In this document: positions 35,873-48,800 of the stretch, one piece after another
How positions within the stretch are numbered: position 1 is the first letter of the stretch
Layout: every line of letters begins with the position of its first letter
Source of the DNA: Parcubacteria group bacterium
GTDB taxonomy: Bacteria > Patescibacteriota > Minisyncoccia > Phycocordibacterales > Zambryskibacteraceae
Direction of reading: 5' to 3'
Assembly: GCA_028286565.1 (NCBI GenBank)
Contig: JAQBRH010000002.1
Coordinates: forward strand, 145,876-209,875
Length of the DNA stretch: 64,000 nt
The notes under the pieces: generated by a model
Told to the model about the DNA's origin: nothing
Database searches by the model: none
What the model saw: only the letters and a program-made list of their open reading frames with translations
Translations under genes and position numbers: made by a program

Positions 35873-38845
35873 CTAGGCGATCAACACCTTGCGGAGCTTG
35901 CATGACTCACAATCCTTATCCCCGCACTCCTTGTCCCAAAATTCAAAATTCAAGATCTCTCCGGCCACTCGGAGAGTTTCTTGTTTTACTTTTTCAGAAT
36001 CCTCCGAGGTGATATCAAAAGTCTCTTTCTTGATCCTCCCCTTCTCATCGGGCTCGGTGAAGAGGATGGTGCCGTTCGTCATCAAATATTTTCCATCGTC
36101 ATAGAGGTCGAGGAGCAAGCGATAAAAATCAAGCTGGCGCTTCTCATTCCCCGTCGCGGAAGCGGTCTCTCCGAGGATCTGGTTTCGGGTCTTCGGCCTG
36201 CCCGTCTTAAAGTCGACGACGCATACCTCCTGGCCCTTGGAATTCTTTGGGGCCTCGGTCAAAAGATCCACTTTGTCCAAGCGTCCGCGAAGCACCAGGT
36301 CTTCTCCGGCAGGGAGAGGGATCGTCACCCCGGCAATGTTGAATTCGGCGAGAGCCCGAGTATGCCAATGTTCGCGCTCGGAATCCCAAAATGCTTCGAG
36401 CACCTCTTTGCCTTTCTTCTTAGAGTCCTCAAAATCTTTTTTGGTCAAGGGCTGCTTTTCGAGGCAGGACAGGAACGAACCGATGAGGTCCTCGAGCTCG
36501 AAGGATCTGTCCTGTCGAAGAGCATTTGTCATCTCGGCAAGGGCGAAATGGATAGCCGTCCCGTACATCTGGTGCTTTTCCATCATATCCGGAATGCGGA
36601 TAAGGTTTTTGAAGAAATATTTCCACGGACACTCCAGATAATTATTCAAAGCGGTGGCATTCAAGCCTTGCTCCAAGAACGTCTCGCGGAGATACTCCCT
36701 ATCCCACAGTGTATTTTCTCTGGATGAATGCCGAGCAAGGGCGCCGAGGAGCGGAGCGCTTGCGCCGACCTCATCCCCTTCCTTTATATCCACGAGCTCT
36801 TTTGGAAGTTCTTCGATGAACTGCGAAGGCACGAGTTCCTTTCCGTCCTGGGCGGCGGCCGCATAGGTGATCATGATCTTCTCCTTGGCTCGGGTAAGAG
36901 CGACGTAAAAGAGCCTGCGCTCGTCTTCTTCTTTCCCGGACTGGAGCGCGCTTCCCAGAGGATAGGGCAATCTAAAATCAAGGTTCGTTCGCTTAGAGCC
37001 CCATCGGCCCGAGACCATGTGGGGAATGCACACCACTTTCCATTCGAGGCCCTTGGATTTGTGGGCGGTCATGACGGATATGGTGTTCTCTTTTTTCAAA
37101 CGGGAAGCGAAGGACAGCCGAGCGCCATGCTCCTCGAGTGTGTCGATATCCCGCAAGAAGTTCTCTATCGATTGATCTTTCTTGTGAGCTTGGCGCGTGG
37201 CGATCTCTTGGTACAGCGTCGAGAGGAGGGCCATCTTTTCTACTGAGTCGGGCAGGGTCAGGAGATGTTCGGCAAGATGAGAATCGTCGAGGACGGCGGT
37301 GACCACTTCGAGGGCGCTTCTGTTCTTGCCTAAGGTCACCCATTTGGAAAAGTTCTCCGCAAGCTCGGGGAATTTGGAGATGATATCGATGATCGGCTTC
37401 TTTTCATGGCGGGCCTCATGCAGGGCCTTGGTCACTTCGATCGGATCAAGCCCGAGGAAGTCGATGAAGAGAGTTTCTGCAAGCAGGGTTTCGTTCTCCG
37501 GATCGTTGACCGCGCGGAGGAGGAGCATGAGCTTCGCGACATCGGGATCAGCAAGCACATCCTCATCTTGAAAAAGGGTGACTGGAAGCGCAGCATTCCT
37601 GAGATGCCGCCCCAGGTCGCTGATCTCCCTGTTCGTGCGGACAAGAACGCTGATATCTCTCGGTTCGGTCTCCTTCTCCAATTCTTCTTTAAGGCATCGC
37701 ACGATGCCTTCGGCCTCATCGATCTCCGTCGGATACGCGATCACCTCGATGGTCCCACGAGCAGATCCGCCCTTGGACATAAGCCGGGGACGAAGCTCTT
37801 TGTCTCCGGGCAAAGGCTCGGCGAGAGCATGCGAAGCGTCGAGGATGGATTGATGCGAGCGATAGTTCTCATCAAGATAAATAAGTTTTGCCGTGGGAAA
37901 TTTCTTTTTGAAATAAAGGAAGTTCTCAAGTGATGCGCCTTGGAACCGGTAAATGGCCTGCTTCTCGTCTCCCACAATAAAGAGATTCGGTTCGTCAAAG
38001 TAAGAGCTCAAAAGTTCAAGAATGGTATTCTGGGCCTGGTTCGCATCCTGATGCTCATCAGCAAGGAAGTACAGATACTCCTCCTGAAGGCTCTGCAAGA
38101 GGTCTGGGTGCTCCTTAAAGGCCCGCAAGAGCTCGAGGAGCATATCATCAAAATCGTAGAGATCCTCGCGGGCGAGAGCAGTTTCGTATTCGGCGTAGAG
38201 CGCCTGCAGTTCACGGTTCTTCTCGATGTTTTTAAGAGCATCCTTGTACAAAGATTTCATCTCGCCTGCATATTTGCCCTTCTCATGCTTGAGGTCTTCT
38301 TTTGAAAGAATGCTCTCTTCTTCCCTTTGGAGGATATCGGCGAACTGTGTCGGCGAGACCGCGTCGCGCTTGAGATCGGAAATGGTGTGAAGAGCGCCTT
38401 TCACATAATGGTATGGCGAACCGAACGGCCGAATGCGATCAAAGGCGCCTTGATCAAGGATGGTCTCAATAAGAGAAAGTTTTTCCGATTCGGTGGCCAC
38501 ATCCCCCCCGACGATCCGGGGAAAATATTCCGGGTGCTTTCTGATCACTTCTTCGGCGAATCCGTGGAAAGTAAAGATCCCCACCCGATATGCGGCCGGA
38601 CCGATCAGAGCGACCAATTTTCTGCGCATGGAAACCACCCCCGATTCGGTAAAGGTGAGGGCGAGAATGCCGTCCGGAGGCGTATCCGTCTTTTCGAGGA
38701 TGTTCGCGATGCGGAGGGTGAGCACTGTCGTCTTTCCCGTCCCCGGCCCGGCGATGACCATGGTCGGCCCTTCGATCGTGTCGACGGCCTCCTTCTGGCC
38801 TTGATTCAGGTTCTTATAATTCTTCTTGAAGAGGTCGGCCTGCAT
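35873..38845 (-). CDS. UvrD/PcrA-type helicase fused to PD-(D/E)XK nuclease
   Basis: AGPGTGKT, DEHQD, GDEKQAIYRFQGA, NYRS, HKSKGLE, EERRLFYVALTRA-like; C-terminal GRLDKVD..VDFKTG with 1+3 Cys. Confidence 0.92.
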   Translation of the reverse strand: MQADLFKKNYKNLNQGQKEAVDTIEGPTMVIAGPGTGKTTVLTLRIANILEKTDTPPDGILALTFTESGVVSMRRKLVALIGPAAYRVGIFTFHGFAEEVIRKHPEYFPRIVGGDVATESEKLSLIETILDQGAFDRIRPFGSPYHYVKGALHTISDLKRDAVSPTQFADILQREEESILSKEDLKHEKGKYAGEMKSLYKDALKNIEKNRELQALYAEYETALAREDLYDFDDMLLELLRAFKEHPDLLQSLQEEYLYFLADEHQDANQAQNTILELLSSYFDEPNLFIVGDEKQAIYRFQGASLENFLYFKKKFPTAKLIYLDENYRSHQSILDASHALAEPLPGDKELRPRLMSKGGSARGTIEVIAYPTEIDEAEGIVRCLKEELEKETEPRDISVLVRTNREISDLGRHLRNAALPVTLFQDEDVLADPDVAKLMLLLRAVNDPENETLLAETLFIDFLGLDPIEVTKALHEARHEKKPIIDIISKFPELAENFSKWVTLGKNRSALEVVTAVLDDSHLAEHLLTLPDSVEKMALLSTLYQEIATRQAHKKDQSIENFLRDIDTLEEHGARLSFASRLKKENTISVMTAHKSKGLEWKVVCIPHMVSGRWGSKRTNLDFRLPYPLGSALQSGKEEDERRLFYVALTRAKEKIMITYAAAAQDGKELVPSQFIEELPKELVDIKEGDEVGASAPLLGALARHSSRENTLWDREYLRETFLEQGLNATALNNYLECPWKYFFKNLIRIPDMMEKHQMYGTAIHFALAEMTNALRQDRSFELEDLIGSFLSCLEKQPLTKKDFEDSKKKGKEVLEAFWDSEREHWHTRALAEFNIAGVTIPLPAGEDLVLRGRLDKVDLLTEAPKNSKGQEVCVVDFKTGRPKTRNQILGETASATGNEKRQLDFYRLLLDLYDDGKYLMTNGTILFTEPDEKGRIKKETFDITSEDSEKVKQETLRVAGEILNFEFWDKECGDKDCESCKLRKVLIA

Positions 38846-38928
38846 GGAATAATTCTATCATGCGGTCCTCCTTGACGACCGCTCGAGGAGAAGGTAAGGT
38901 CTTCCTAGACTAACCCTAAGAGGCGCAC

Positions 38929-39300
38929 ATGCATCCCGAAACCGCAACCGTCATCCTGGCCACACTGCTCGGCGTTCTCACATTTACGGCCTCGTGTACA
39001 TTCTGCAAGTATGGAGGAGAGATAATCCTAAGGATCGTCTCCGCAGGATGCTTTGCCCTTGCCATCGCCGTCTCGACCTACTATTCCCGCATAGCGGGCC
39101 TTGGCGGCGAGCCCGTCCCCTACATCCTGCTTCGATGGTGGCGCATATATAGTCCGTGGATCATCACCGCGCTTATCATCTGGATCGCCTTTCGGAAAGT
39201 GGTGTTGAAGCGCTCATTCGACTGGAAGCTCTTTCTTCTGACACTTCTCCTGATCTGCCTCTACGCGGCCGTCGAAATTCACACCGCTCCCTTCGACTGA
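38929..39300 (+). CDS. Orphan multi-pass membrane protein
   Basis: About four hydrophobic segments; TTGACG...TAAGGT promoter; GAGG SD. Confidence 0.6.
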   Translation: MHPETATVILATLLGVLTFTASCTFCKYGGEIILRIVSAGCFALAIAVSTYYSRIAGLGGEPVPYILLRWWRIYSPWIITALIIWIAFRKVVLKRSFDWKLFLLTLLLICLYAAVEIHTAPFD

Positions 39301-39339
39301 TGATGAACAAAAGCGACCCTCTGGGGCCGCTCTTTTTAT

Positions 39340-40566
39340 TTAATATCCTCTGAGTCTATTTATTTTGTCGTGCTGGCGGATCTTTTCATGCGCCTTGGCT
39401 TCGATCTGGCGGATGCGCTCTCGCGTGACGCCGAAGACCTTTCCCACTTCTTCGAGGGTGTGGGTATAGCCGTCGAGAAGGCCGTGCCTCATTTCCAAGA
39501 TCTTTCTTTCTTTAGGAGGGAGGTCGGAGAGAATTTCCTTGACCTGGTCTTGGATAATTCGTCGAGAAGATTCCTGATCGGGAGAAAGGATCTTATCGTC
39601 GGCGAGGAAGTCCCCGAGTTTGGACTTGCCGTCCTCGTCTTCTCCGACCGGGCTTTCAAGGGAGACGGTCGATTGGTCGATCTTTTCGATCTGATAGACC
39701 TTGTCCACATCAAGGTTCATTTCCATAGCGATCTCTTCTTGGAGCGGCTCTCGGCCAAGGTCTTGGGTCAAGCGGCGAACCACTTGCTTATACTTGGCGA
39801 TGGTTTCAACCATGTGCACAGGGACGCGGATGGTGCGGGACTGGTCGGCCAAGGCACGGGTGATGGCCTGTCGTATCCACCAGGTGGCATACGTCGAGAA
39901 CTTGTAGCCCTTGGTCCAATCGAATTTATCCACAGCTTTAAAGAGCCCGAGATTTCCTTCCTGAATGAGGTCAAGGAGGGTGAGGTCCGGGCTGCGGTTG
40001 GCGTATTTCTTGGCGATAGAGACAACGAGGCGCAGGTTCGCCTTGGCCAAAAGGTTTTTGGCTTCTTCATCCCCCGCTTCGATCCGTTTGGCGAGTTCTT
40101 TCTCCATCCCGCCGGAGATAAGCGGATATTGTCCGATCTCCTTCAGGTACATTTGGATAGAGTCGTAAGCCGAATCGGATTTTGAGTACGAATATTTCTT
40201 GTTCGTCACTTCGACCGGCATCTCGAGGAGTCCGCCTCCTTCGAGGATATCGATCGCCTGGTTGTGAAGCTTCTCGTAGAGTTCGTCAAGAAAAGTGATA
40301 TTCTCTTCGATGGTCGGGAATTCTTTCAGGATCTCATCATAGGTGACGAAACCTTTTTCCTTGCCTCGCGATATGAGGCGGGCGAGCTTTGTGTTCTCCT
40401 CTTGGGCTTTCTTTGAAACCGGCTTTGCTTTAACCGCTTTTTCTTTCTTTGCTTTGGGCTTTTTCAGAGCTTTCACCACCTTCTTCTTTGCCGGTGACTT
40501 TGCGGCCCGCGACTTTGCGCTGGCCGGCTTTCGGCTATTCTTTTGTTGTTTTTTGCCTTTTTTCAT
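39340..40566 (-). CDS. rpoD: Primary sigma factor sigma-70 with basic N-terminal extension
   Basis: [52 protein letters not shown]. Confidence 0.97.
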   Translation of the reverse strand: MKKGKKQQKNSRKPASAKSRAAKSPAKKKVVKALKKPKAKKEKAVKAKPVSKKAQEENTKLARLISRGKEKGFVTYDEILKEFPTIEENITFLDELYEKLHNQAIDILEGGGLLEMPVEVTNKKYSYSKSDSAYDSIQMYLKEIGQYPLISGGMEKELAKRIEAGDEEAKNLLAKANLRLVVSIAKKYANRSPDLTLLDLIQEGNLGLFKAVDKFDWTKGYKFSTYATWWIRQAITRALADQSRTIRVPVHMVETIAKYKQVVRRLTQDLGREPLQEEIAMEMNLDVDKVYQIEKIDQSTVSLESPVGEDEDGKSKLGDFLADDKILSPDQESSRRIIQDQVKEILSDLPPKERKILEMRHGLLDGYTHTLEEVGKVFGVTRERIRQIEAKAHEKIRQHDKINRLRGY

Positions 40567-40578
40567 TAATATCCTATA

Positions 40579-42162
40579 TTACACCATTTTTCTCTTCTCT
40601 TCATCAAGACGCCTATTCAGTGTTTCAATTCGCTCCGCCACTTCCTCATCTCCGCCCTTCTCAAGTTCGAGCCGGAGAGCGATCCGCTCCTCTTCCATTA
40701 TGACTATCTGGAGGCGATGAGTAAGCTCATCTTTCTCCCTGGAAAGCGTCGTGTATTCAGGAGACGTCTCATGCAACTCTTTCTGCCACAGTTCGACTTC
40801 CTGGAGGCGCTCTTCGATGCGCTCTTTGTGCGATGCTCTTTTTTCGTCGGGCTCCGATTCTTCTCCCGCTTCTCCACTCGTATGGATCTCCACAGTCGGC
40901 ACCGGTGTGCGCTTTAGATCATCCCAAATTATTTCCTCCCTGATCCCTGAACGCTTGGCGATGAGAGAAACAAAATGGGACCGTTCGATCGAGCTTTCGA
41001 GGAGAACGATGAGCGGTAAGACTTTTTTTACAATGAGCTTGCCCGATTTCCTCGGATCTGTTTCTCCTTCAAGTACCCGGGTCAGCGCGTCCTCGATCGA
41101 ATGCTTGGCCCGGCGGAGCACGTCTTTCCATTTCTCCGGTGATTCGTGGACAAGGTCGGCCGGATCAGACCCTTCCGGAAGAGCGGCGATCTTCACCTCC
41201 ATCCCGAGAACCAGCCCGAGGAGAGCGCTCTTCTCCGCGGCCTTCCGGCCGGCCTCATCCGGATCAAAGGCGAGAATAATGCGCGGGGACAAGCGCTTGA
41301 GCCGGGCGAGATGCTGGCTTGTAAAGGCCGTCCCTGAAGAAGCGACCGTATTTTTCACCCCTCCTTGATGCGAAAGAACGAGATCGATCTGCCCTTCGAC
41401 GAGAACGGCAAAATTCTTCTTTCTGATATCATCCTTGGCCTTGTCCAGGCCGTAGAGCACTTCGCTTTTCTGGAAAAGAGCGGTCTCAGGAGAATTCAGA
41501 TACTTGGCTTCGATCTCCTTGGAAAGCGCTCTCCCTGAAAAAGCGATGACTCTCCCGGATTGATCGAAGATGGGGAACATGATCCTGCCTCTAAACACGT
41601 CGTAGGCTTCTTTGGTTTTCTCCGGCGGCTCCTTGATCAGACCGGCCTTGAGGAGAATTTCTTTTGAGTAGCCGACCTTTTTCAGATGATCGGAGAGATC
41701 TCTCCATTCATCCCGAGCATATCCCAGGCGCCATTCTTTAATAGAATCTTTACTGATCCCCCTTCCGTTCAGATACTCGAGGGCTTCCGGAGTCGCGCTT
41801 AAGTTCGATTCAAAGAGGAGCGTCGCATCTTCGAGCGCACTGTACAACTTTTCCTTGTCATCTTTTGATTCTCCCCGATACTGCTCTATTTCTACTCCGG
41901 CCTTATCCGCGAGCATTCGCAGCGCTTCCTTGAAGTCGACTCCTTCGAGAGCCTCGGTAATGGTGAAGATGTCCCCCTTGGCTCCGCATCCAAAACAATA
42001 ATAGTTTTGGCGGACCGGAGACACCATGAAAGACGCAGTCTTCTCGTTATGGAACGGGCATTTACCCTTATAGTTCTGGCCCGCTTTTTCGAGTTTGAGA
42101 TAGTGAGAAACGATATCGACTATATCTAGTCGTTGTTTGATGGAGTCGACGGTTCCTCGCAT
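40579..42162 (-). CDS. dnaG: DNA primase
   Basis: CPFHNEKT..YCFGC Zn finger, FRGRIMFPI, KYLNSPET, VEGQ.D, FD.D.AG. Confidence 0.96.
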   Translation of the reverse strand: MRGTVDSIKQRLDIVDIVSHYLKLEKAGQNYKGKCPFHNEKTASFMVSPVRQNYYCFGCGAKGDIFTITEALEGVDFKEALRMLADKAGVEIEQYRGESKDDKEKLYSALEDATLLFESNLSATPEALEYLNGRGISKDSIKEWRLGYARDEWRDLSDHLKKVGYSKEILLKAGLIKEPPEKTKEAYDVFRGRIMFPIFDQSGRVIAFSGRALSKEIEAKYLNSPETALFQKSEVLYGLDKAKDDIRKKNFAVLVEGQIDLVLSHQGGVKNTVASSGTAFTSQHLARLKRLSPRIILAFDPDEAGRKAAEKSALLGLVLGMEVKIAALPEGSDPADLVHESPEKWKDVLRRAKHSIEDALTRVLEGETDPRKSGKLIVKKVLPLIVLLESSIERSHFVSLIAKRSGIREEIIWDDLKRTPVPTVEIHTSGEAGEESEPDEKRASHKERIEERLQEVELWQKELHETSPEYTTLSREKDELTHRLQIVIMEEERIALRLELEKGGDEEVAERIETLNRRLDEEKRKMV

Positions 42163-45100
42163 ATGAGTTTTTCTTTGTAGCCTCCCTTAAACCCGGTACC
42201 TGCTGGAATCATACGTCCGATAATAACATTTTCTTTGAGACCGATGAGCTCGTCTTCCGCGCCTCGGATAGCGGCCTGGATGAGGACGCGAGGAGTGTGC
42301 TGGAATGAAGCGGCTGAGAGGAACGATGCGCGCGAGAGCGACACTTCGGTAATACCCATGATGACCGCATCCCCCTTGGTCTCTTCCCGGCCTTCGGCCT
42401 TGGCAAGATCGTTCATGGCCATGTAGTCCGAGATCTCGACGACGTCGCCTCGAGTGAACTGGGTCGAGCCCGAGTGGCGGATCTTTCTTCGGGAGAACAT
42501 CTGTCGAACGATAAGTTCGATATGCTTGTGAGAGACGGCCGAACCTTGAAGTTCGTAGAGCTTGGAAACTTCATGGATGATGTATTTCTCCGTTGTTTCT
42601 CTGCCGGCATAGCGGAAAAGTTCGTCGAGGTCCGCTGAACCGTCCGTAAGCATCTGTCCCTTCTTCACCTCCTGTCCGATTCGAACCAAGATGCTTCGAG
42701 TAGGTCCGACGGTATATTCATTATCGAGTTTCTTCGACTTCCCTGCGACCTTTTCTCCGATCTCGGGAGTGACGACGATAACTCGGTCATGTCCGGACAT
42801 CTTGATCTCGGTGATCGTACCGTCGAGGTGAGAGATGGCGGCTGGATTCTTCGGTTTTCGCTTCTCGAAGATCTCTTCGACGCGAGGAAGTCCCGCGGTA
42901 ATGTCTCCGGCGGCTGACGCCACTCCTCCGGCGTGGAACGTACGCATGGTGAGCTGAGTTCCCGGCTCTCCGATCGCCTGTGCGGCGACGGTTCCGACCG
43001 CTTCTCCGAGCTCAACGACCTTGTTCGTACCAAGATCCGCACCGTAGCACTTGATGCAGACTCCGTGGAGAGACTTACAGGCCATCGGCGAGCGGACTTC
43101 GACCGCTTCAATGTGAGCGTTGTCCATGATCTCACCGTCATATTTGGTGACAAAGTGACCTCTCTTGAAGAGAACGGTTCCCTTTGCATCCACCACGTCC
43201 TGGGCGAGGAATCGCCCTTTAAGCGTTCGAGAGAGCGGCATCTCGATACCAGAAGCGGTTTTCTTCGAGATGAGCGTGCCTTCCTTGGTTCCGCAATCTT
43301 CTTCTGCGACGATCTCATCCTGAGCGACATCGAAGAGTCGGCGAGTAAGGTATCCGGCCTTAGCAGTGTTGAGCGCGGTGTCGGTGAGACCTTTGCGTGA
43401 TCCGTGGGTAGTGATGAAGTATTCGAGCGGGGTCAAACCTTCCTTGTAGCAAGAGAGGATCGGGAATTCGAGAGATTCTCCTGAAACGTTCTGGATAATA
43501 CCCTTCATACCCGCCATCTGGTTCAAGTTGCCGAGTGATCCTCGAGCTCGAGAATACGTCATGTCGTAGACGGAGTCTTTTGGTCCGAGGGTGCCCGGGA
43601 TAAGGGCTTCAACTTCCGACTTCACTCCCTGCCAGATCTCGACCGATTTCTGGATACGCTCGTTCTCCGAAAGGAGGCCTTCGTTGTATTGATCCACGAC
43701 CTTGATGACCCTTTCGCGGCCGGCATCTATGATGCCCTTCTTTGCGGGAGGGATCTTGACGTCATCGAGTCCCCAGGTAACTCCGGAATGAGTGGCGTAT
43801 TTGAAGCCGAATTCCTTGATCTTGTCGATGATCGGAGGAATGTTGCCGATGCCGTACTTCTCGATGAGATCGTCGACGAGTTCGACCATCTTTCGAGCAT
43901 CGATCTCCTGGTTCAAGAACGGATAATCCGATGGGAGAGCGCTGTTGAAGAGGAGGCGGCCGACGGTGGTCTCGAAGATCTTCTCGTCAAAGGCTTTATA
44001 TTTCTCCGACTCGGTCGGAAGGATATGGATCTTGGCTCGATAGCTGAGGGCGCCGAAGTCATGGGCGGTAATAGCGGCGTTCGGGCTTGAGAAATATTTG
44101 TCTTCTCCCTTTTCTCCGGGGATCTGTCGAGTCATCCAGTACGAACCGAGGATGATGTCGAGCATTTTGGCTGAGACGACCGGTTCGCCGTTTCCCGGCT
44201 TCAAGATGTTCTTGTCGGCTGCCATGATGAGGCGAGCTTCGGCCTGCGCTTCATCCGAAAGAGGAACGTGAACGGCCATCTGGTCTCCGTCGAAGTCCGC
44301 GTTGAAAGCGGTACAGACGAGAGGGTGGAGCTGGATCGCGTTACCTTCGATGAGGACGGGCTGGAAAGCCTGGATACCGAGGCGGTGAAGCGTCGGCGCA
44401 CGGTTCAAGAGAACGTATTTGCCGCGGATGATCTCTTCGAGGATGGCCCATACTTCAGGGATAGTGTCTTCGATCAATCGGCGGGCACCTGGAATATTGT
44501 AGGCGAGTTCCCTCTTCAAAAGCTGAGAGATAACGAACGGCTTGAAGAGTTCAAGGGCCATATGCTTTGGCAATCCGCACTGGTGGAGCTTCAATTCGGG
44601 ACCGACGACGATAACCGATCGTCCTGAATAGTCCACTCGCTTACCGAGGAGGTTCTGTCTAAAGAGCCCACGCTTACCTTTGAGGTTGTCCGAAAGAGAC
44701 TTCAATGGGCGTCGCTGCGATTGATTGCCCGTAGCGCCTCCGTGTCGGATGGTGTTGTCGATGAGGGCGTCAACCGCTTCCTGGAGAATGCGCTTCTCGT
44801 TTCGGAGAATAACATCGGGAGCGTGGATGTCCTTCAATTTCTTCAAACGATTGTTTCGGTTAATGACGCGTCGGTAGAGGTCATTCACGTCGGACGTCGC
44901 ATAGCGTCCTCCGTCGAGAGGAACCATCGGTCGGATGGCCGGAGGGATGACCGGGATGCGGGAAAGGAACATCCACTCCGGGCGAATGCCGGCGCGGAGC
45001 ATCCATTGGACGGTCGATGATCGCTTGTGGAGGCGAGGAACTTCGGTAGCAGGAGCGGTTTCAAGGATGGTTTCGAGTTCCTTGTAGAGCTTCTGGAGGT

Positions 45101-45791
45101 CTACTTCTTTTAATATATTATAGATGGCTTCTGCTCCGATCTGCGCTTCGAAGATCGAGGAATACTTCATGCCGAAGCGATGGTACTCGACCTCGTCGAG
45201 CACGCGGCCGGGAACCAAGGATTCGATGTCTTTCTTGGCTGCCATGGCGAGTTCCTTCAAGGCTTCTTTGGACTTTTCGTCCTGGAGCGACTTTGACTTG
45301 GCTTTGAACTCGGAATCAAGGTCCTTCAAGACACGAGTCTTCTCGCTTTCGGAGACCGACGTAACGATGTATCCGGCAAAGTAGATGACCTTTTCGAGGT
45401 CGGCGACGGGGATGCCCATGACGAGGGAAATTCTGGAAGGGACGTTCTTCAAGAACCAGATGTGAGCGACCGGTGAGGCGAGCTCAATGTGGCCCATTCG
45501 CTCTCGGCGGACGATCGAGCGGGTGATCTCCACTCCGCATTTCTCGCAGATAATGCCCTTGTATCGGATGCCTCGGTATTTGCCGCAGTAGCATTCGAAA
45601 TCCTTGTCCGGTCCGAAGATCTTCTCGTCGAAGAGGCCGTTCCTCTCGGAGCGCTGGGTTCGGTAGTTGATGGTCTCGGGCTTCGTGACTTCTCCATACG
45701 ACCATTCTTTGATCCGCTCAGGCGAAGCAAGCTTGATCTGGATCGAATCAAAGTCCGTGGTGTCGATGTTTTTGTTTCTCGGGGTATTCAT
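42126..45791 (-). CDS. rpoC: RNA polymerase beta' subunit
   Basis: NADFDGD catalytic motif, N-terminal Zn finger, [13 protein letters not shown]. Confidence 0.99.
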   Translation of the reverse strand: MNTPRNKNIDTTDFDSIQIKLASPERIKEWSYGEVTKPETINYRTQRSERNGLFDEKIFGPDKDFECYCGKYRGIRYKGIICEKCGVEITRSIVRRERMGHIELASPVAHIWFLKNVPSRISLVMGIPVADLEKVIYFAGYIVTSVSESEKTRVLKDLDSEFKAKSKSLQDEKSKEALKELAMAAKKDIESLVPGRVLDEVEYHRFGMKYSSIFEAQIGAEAIYNILKEVDLQKLYKELETILETAPATEVPRLHKRSSTVQWMLRAGIRPEWMFLSRIPVIPPAIRPMVPLDGGRYATSDVNDLYRRVINRNNRLKKLKDIHAPDVILRNEKRILQEAVDALIDNTIRHGGATGNQSQRRPLKSLSDNLKGKRGLFRQNLLGKRVDYSGRSVIVVGPELKLHQCGLPKHMALELFKPFVISQLLKRELAYNIPGARRLIEDTIPEVWAILEEIIRGKYVLLNRAPTLHRLGIQAFQPVLIEGNAIQLHPLVCTAFNADFDGDQMAVHVPLSDEAQAEARLIMAADKNILKPGNGEPVVSAKMLDIILGSYWMTRQIPGEKGEDKYFSSPNAAITAHDFGALSYRAKIHILPTESEKYKAFDEKIFETTVGRLLFNSALPSDYPFLNQEIDARKMVELVDDLIEKYGIGNIPPIIDKIKEFGFKYATHSGVTWGLDDVKIPPAKKGIIDAGRERVIKVVDQYNEGLLSENERIQKSVEIWQGVKSEVEALIPGTLGPKDSVYDMTYSRARGSLGNLNQMAGMKGIIQNVSGESLEFPILSCYKEGLTPLEYFITTHGSRKGLTDTALNTAKAGYLTRRLFDVAQDEIVAEEDCGTKEGTLISKKTASGIEMPLSRTLKGRFLAQDVVDAKGTVLFKRGHFVTKYDGEIMDNAHIEAVEVRSPMACKSLHGVCIKCYGADLGTNKVVELGEAVGTVAAQAIGEPGTQLTMRTFHAGGVASAAGDITAGLPRVEEIFEKRKPKNPAAISHLDGTITEIKMSGHDRVIVVTPEIGEKVAGKSKKLDNEYTVGPTRSILVRIGQEVKKGQMLTDGSADLDELFRYAGRETTEKYIIHEVSKLYELQGSAVSHKHIELIVRQMFSRRKIRHSGSTQFTRGDVVEISDYMAMNDLAKAEGREETKGDAVIMGITEVSLSRASFLSAASFQHTPRVLIQAAIRGAEDELIGLKENVIIGRMIPAGTGFKGGYKEKLICEEPSTPSNND

Positions 45792-45802
45792 GATGGTGGA
45801 AG

Positions 45803-48800
45803 TTATCGTGAGCCGTTATTCTTCTTCAGCTCGACATCGAGCCCAAGACCGCGAAGGTTATTAAGGAGAACATTGAACGATGCCGGGGTGCCGGGTTCCT
45901 GGATCTTCTCGCCCTTGACGATCGAATCGAAGGCCGCAGAACGTCCGACGATATCGTCCGATTTGATGGTGAGCATCTCGCGGAGCGTGTGTCCGGCTCC
46001 GTGGCCGAGAAGGGCCCACACTTCCATCTCTCCGAATCGCTGGCCTCCGTTCTGAGCTTTTCCTCCGAGCGGCTGCTGGGTGATAAGAGAGTAAGGACCG
46101 ATCGAGCGCATGTGGATCTTGTCCTCGACCATGTGGTGGAGCTTCAAGATGTACATGTAGCCGATAGCCACGTCCTGCTGGACCTCTTCTCCGGTTCGTC
46201 CGTCAAAGAGTTTGACCTTGCCGGATTCGTTGTAGCCAGCCTTGACGAGTTCCTGCTTGATCTCGTCTTCGGTCGCTCCGGCAAATGGAGGAACGATGGC
46301 CTGATAGTTGAGGGTGTGCGCCGCGAGACCGAGGTGCATCTCAAGGATCTGTCCGAGGTTCATGCGTGAAGGAACGCCGAGTGGAGTGAGGATGATGTCG
46401 ATCGGAGTACCGTCGGCCATGTACGGCATATCTTCAACGGGGAGGATTCGGGAAATAACTCCCTTGTTTCCGTGTCGACCGGCGAGCTTGTCTCCGACCG
46501 AGACGTTGCGGAGCTCTGCGACCTGGATGTGGATCTGCTTGAGAATGCCTGAATCAAGCTTGTCTCCCTTTTCTCTGGAGAACACTTGGACCGAGATGAC
46601 TCGTCCTCGCTTGCCACCTTCCATGCGCTTGGATGTATCTTTGACGTCGCGGGCTTTTTCACCGAAGAGAGACCTGAGGAGCCGTTCTTCCGGAGTGAGC
46701 TGTGATTCTCCCTTTGGAGTGATCTTCCCGACAAGGATGTCACCCGGGCGGACTTCGGCGCCGACGCGGATAATGCCGTCTTCGGCGAGGTTCCTGAGCT
46801 TGGATTCACCGACATTCGGGATGTCGCAGGTGGTGACTTCCGGTCCGAGCTTGGTGTCGCGGACGTTGATGGTGAAATCTTCGATGTGAATAGTTGTAAA
46901 TTTGGATTCTTTGACGAGTCGCTCGGAGAGGACGATAGCGTCTTCATAGTTCGCACCGCTCCACGACATGAAGGCGACAAGGATGTTCTGGCCGAGAGCC
47001 ATCTGTCCGCGATCCGACGATGAGGTATCGGCGAGCACGTCACCCTTCTTCACTTTCTGGCCGAGCTCGACCGATGGTCGCTGGTGGAAGGCGGTAAAGC
47101 CGTTGGTCATCGAGAAGTTCACGAGCTTGAAGACGTGCTTTTCTCCCTTGTGGTCTTCAAGGGTGATCGACTTGCCGTCCATTTTTGTGATCGTACCGTC
47201 TGCAGGCGCATAGACGAGTCGTCCTGTGTCTCGAACCGCCTTTTCTTCGATACCGGTAGCAACGAGCGGAGCTTCGGGAATGATGCATGGGGTTCCTTGT
47301 CTCTGCATGTTCGAACCCATCAATGCTCGGTTCGCATCGTCGTGGTTAAGGAACGGGATCATAGATGTACAGATAGAGAAGGCCTGGTTCGTGGCGACGT
47401 CGATCAGGTCTACCTGATTCTTATGAACGGTGATCGGAGTGCCTTTGGATCGGACTTCGATGAGATCGTTCGACAGATTACCGTCGTCGTCTCGAGGAGT
47501 GGCCGCGTGAGCAATATTGAATTTCTCTTCTTCGAGGGCGTTGTAATATTTGATCTCCTTGGTGATCTTGCCATCCTTGACGCTGGCGTACGGAGTTTCG
47601 ATCATGCCGAAATCATTCACGCGGGCATACGATGACAAGCGCAAGATAAGACCGATGTTCGGACCTTCAGGCGTACAGATAGGGCAGAGTCGTCCGTAGT
47701 GGGAAGGATGCACGTCGCGAACCTCGTATCCGGCGCGGGCGCGGGAAAGTCCTCCGGGACCGAGGGCCGAGAGGGTTCGCAGGTGTTCGAGCTCTTCGAG
47801 GGAGTTCGTCTGCTGCATGAATTGCGAGAGCTGGTTCGTGGTGAAGAATTCCTTCATGCGCGCCTGGAGCGGCTTTGGGGAGATGAATTGCACAGGAAGG
47901 GTCACATCGGTGTCGATGGTCGACATTCTGTTCTGGATGTTTCGCTTGATCTGAGCCATGCCGACTCGGATCTTCTGCTGGAAGAGTTCTCCGACGTATC
48001 GAACGCGGCGCGAACCGAGGTGGTCGATGTCATCGGCGATAGAACCGGGAGTGACGTTCAAGTGCGCGATATGCGAAAGGATGAGAATAAGGTCGTCGGT
48101 CGACAGCGTGCGTCGCTCGATCTCCTTTGGTGTTTCCTTGAGGCCGAATCGTCGGATAAAGGCATAGCGTCCGACTCGGTGGATGTCGTATCGTTCGGAA
48201 TCAAAGATAGAGCGGACGAATTCGCGGGCATTGTCAGCCGAAGCGAGGTCTCCGTCGCGGAGGCGCTTGTGGATCTCGATAGCCGCGTCTTCAACGGTCA
48301 GGGTGTGGTCCTTGGCGAGAGACTTCTCTATAAAGGCCTTGGCCTCGGGATGGCCGGCAAAGAGGGCGAGGATCTTTTCGTTCGTAGCCGCGCCAAAAGC
48401 TCGGAGGAGCGTAGTGACCGGAAACTTTCGCTTGCGGTCGATGCGGACATAAATGGTGCCGTCGAGGTCAGTTTCGAACTCGATCCAGGCTCCGCGGGCG
48501 GGAATGATCTTCGCGCCGAAAGTGGTCTTGCCCTTCAATTCCTGAGAAGTAAAGAACACGCCGAACGATCGGGCGAGCTGGGGAACGACGACACGCTCAA
48601 TACCGGAGATAATGAAGGTCCCGTGCGAGGTCATAAGAGGGAAATCCGCCATGAAGATCTCTTGCTCCTTCTCGGTCTTCATAATGAGGTTCTTCAAGCG
48701 AACGCGGACCTTGAGAGGCGCTTCGTATGAGAGTTTGAGGTCTTTGGCCTCGTACTCGTTCATTTTCGGCTTGTCGAGCTCGAACCCGACGAAATCAAGC

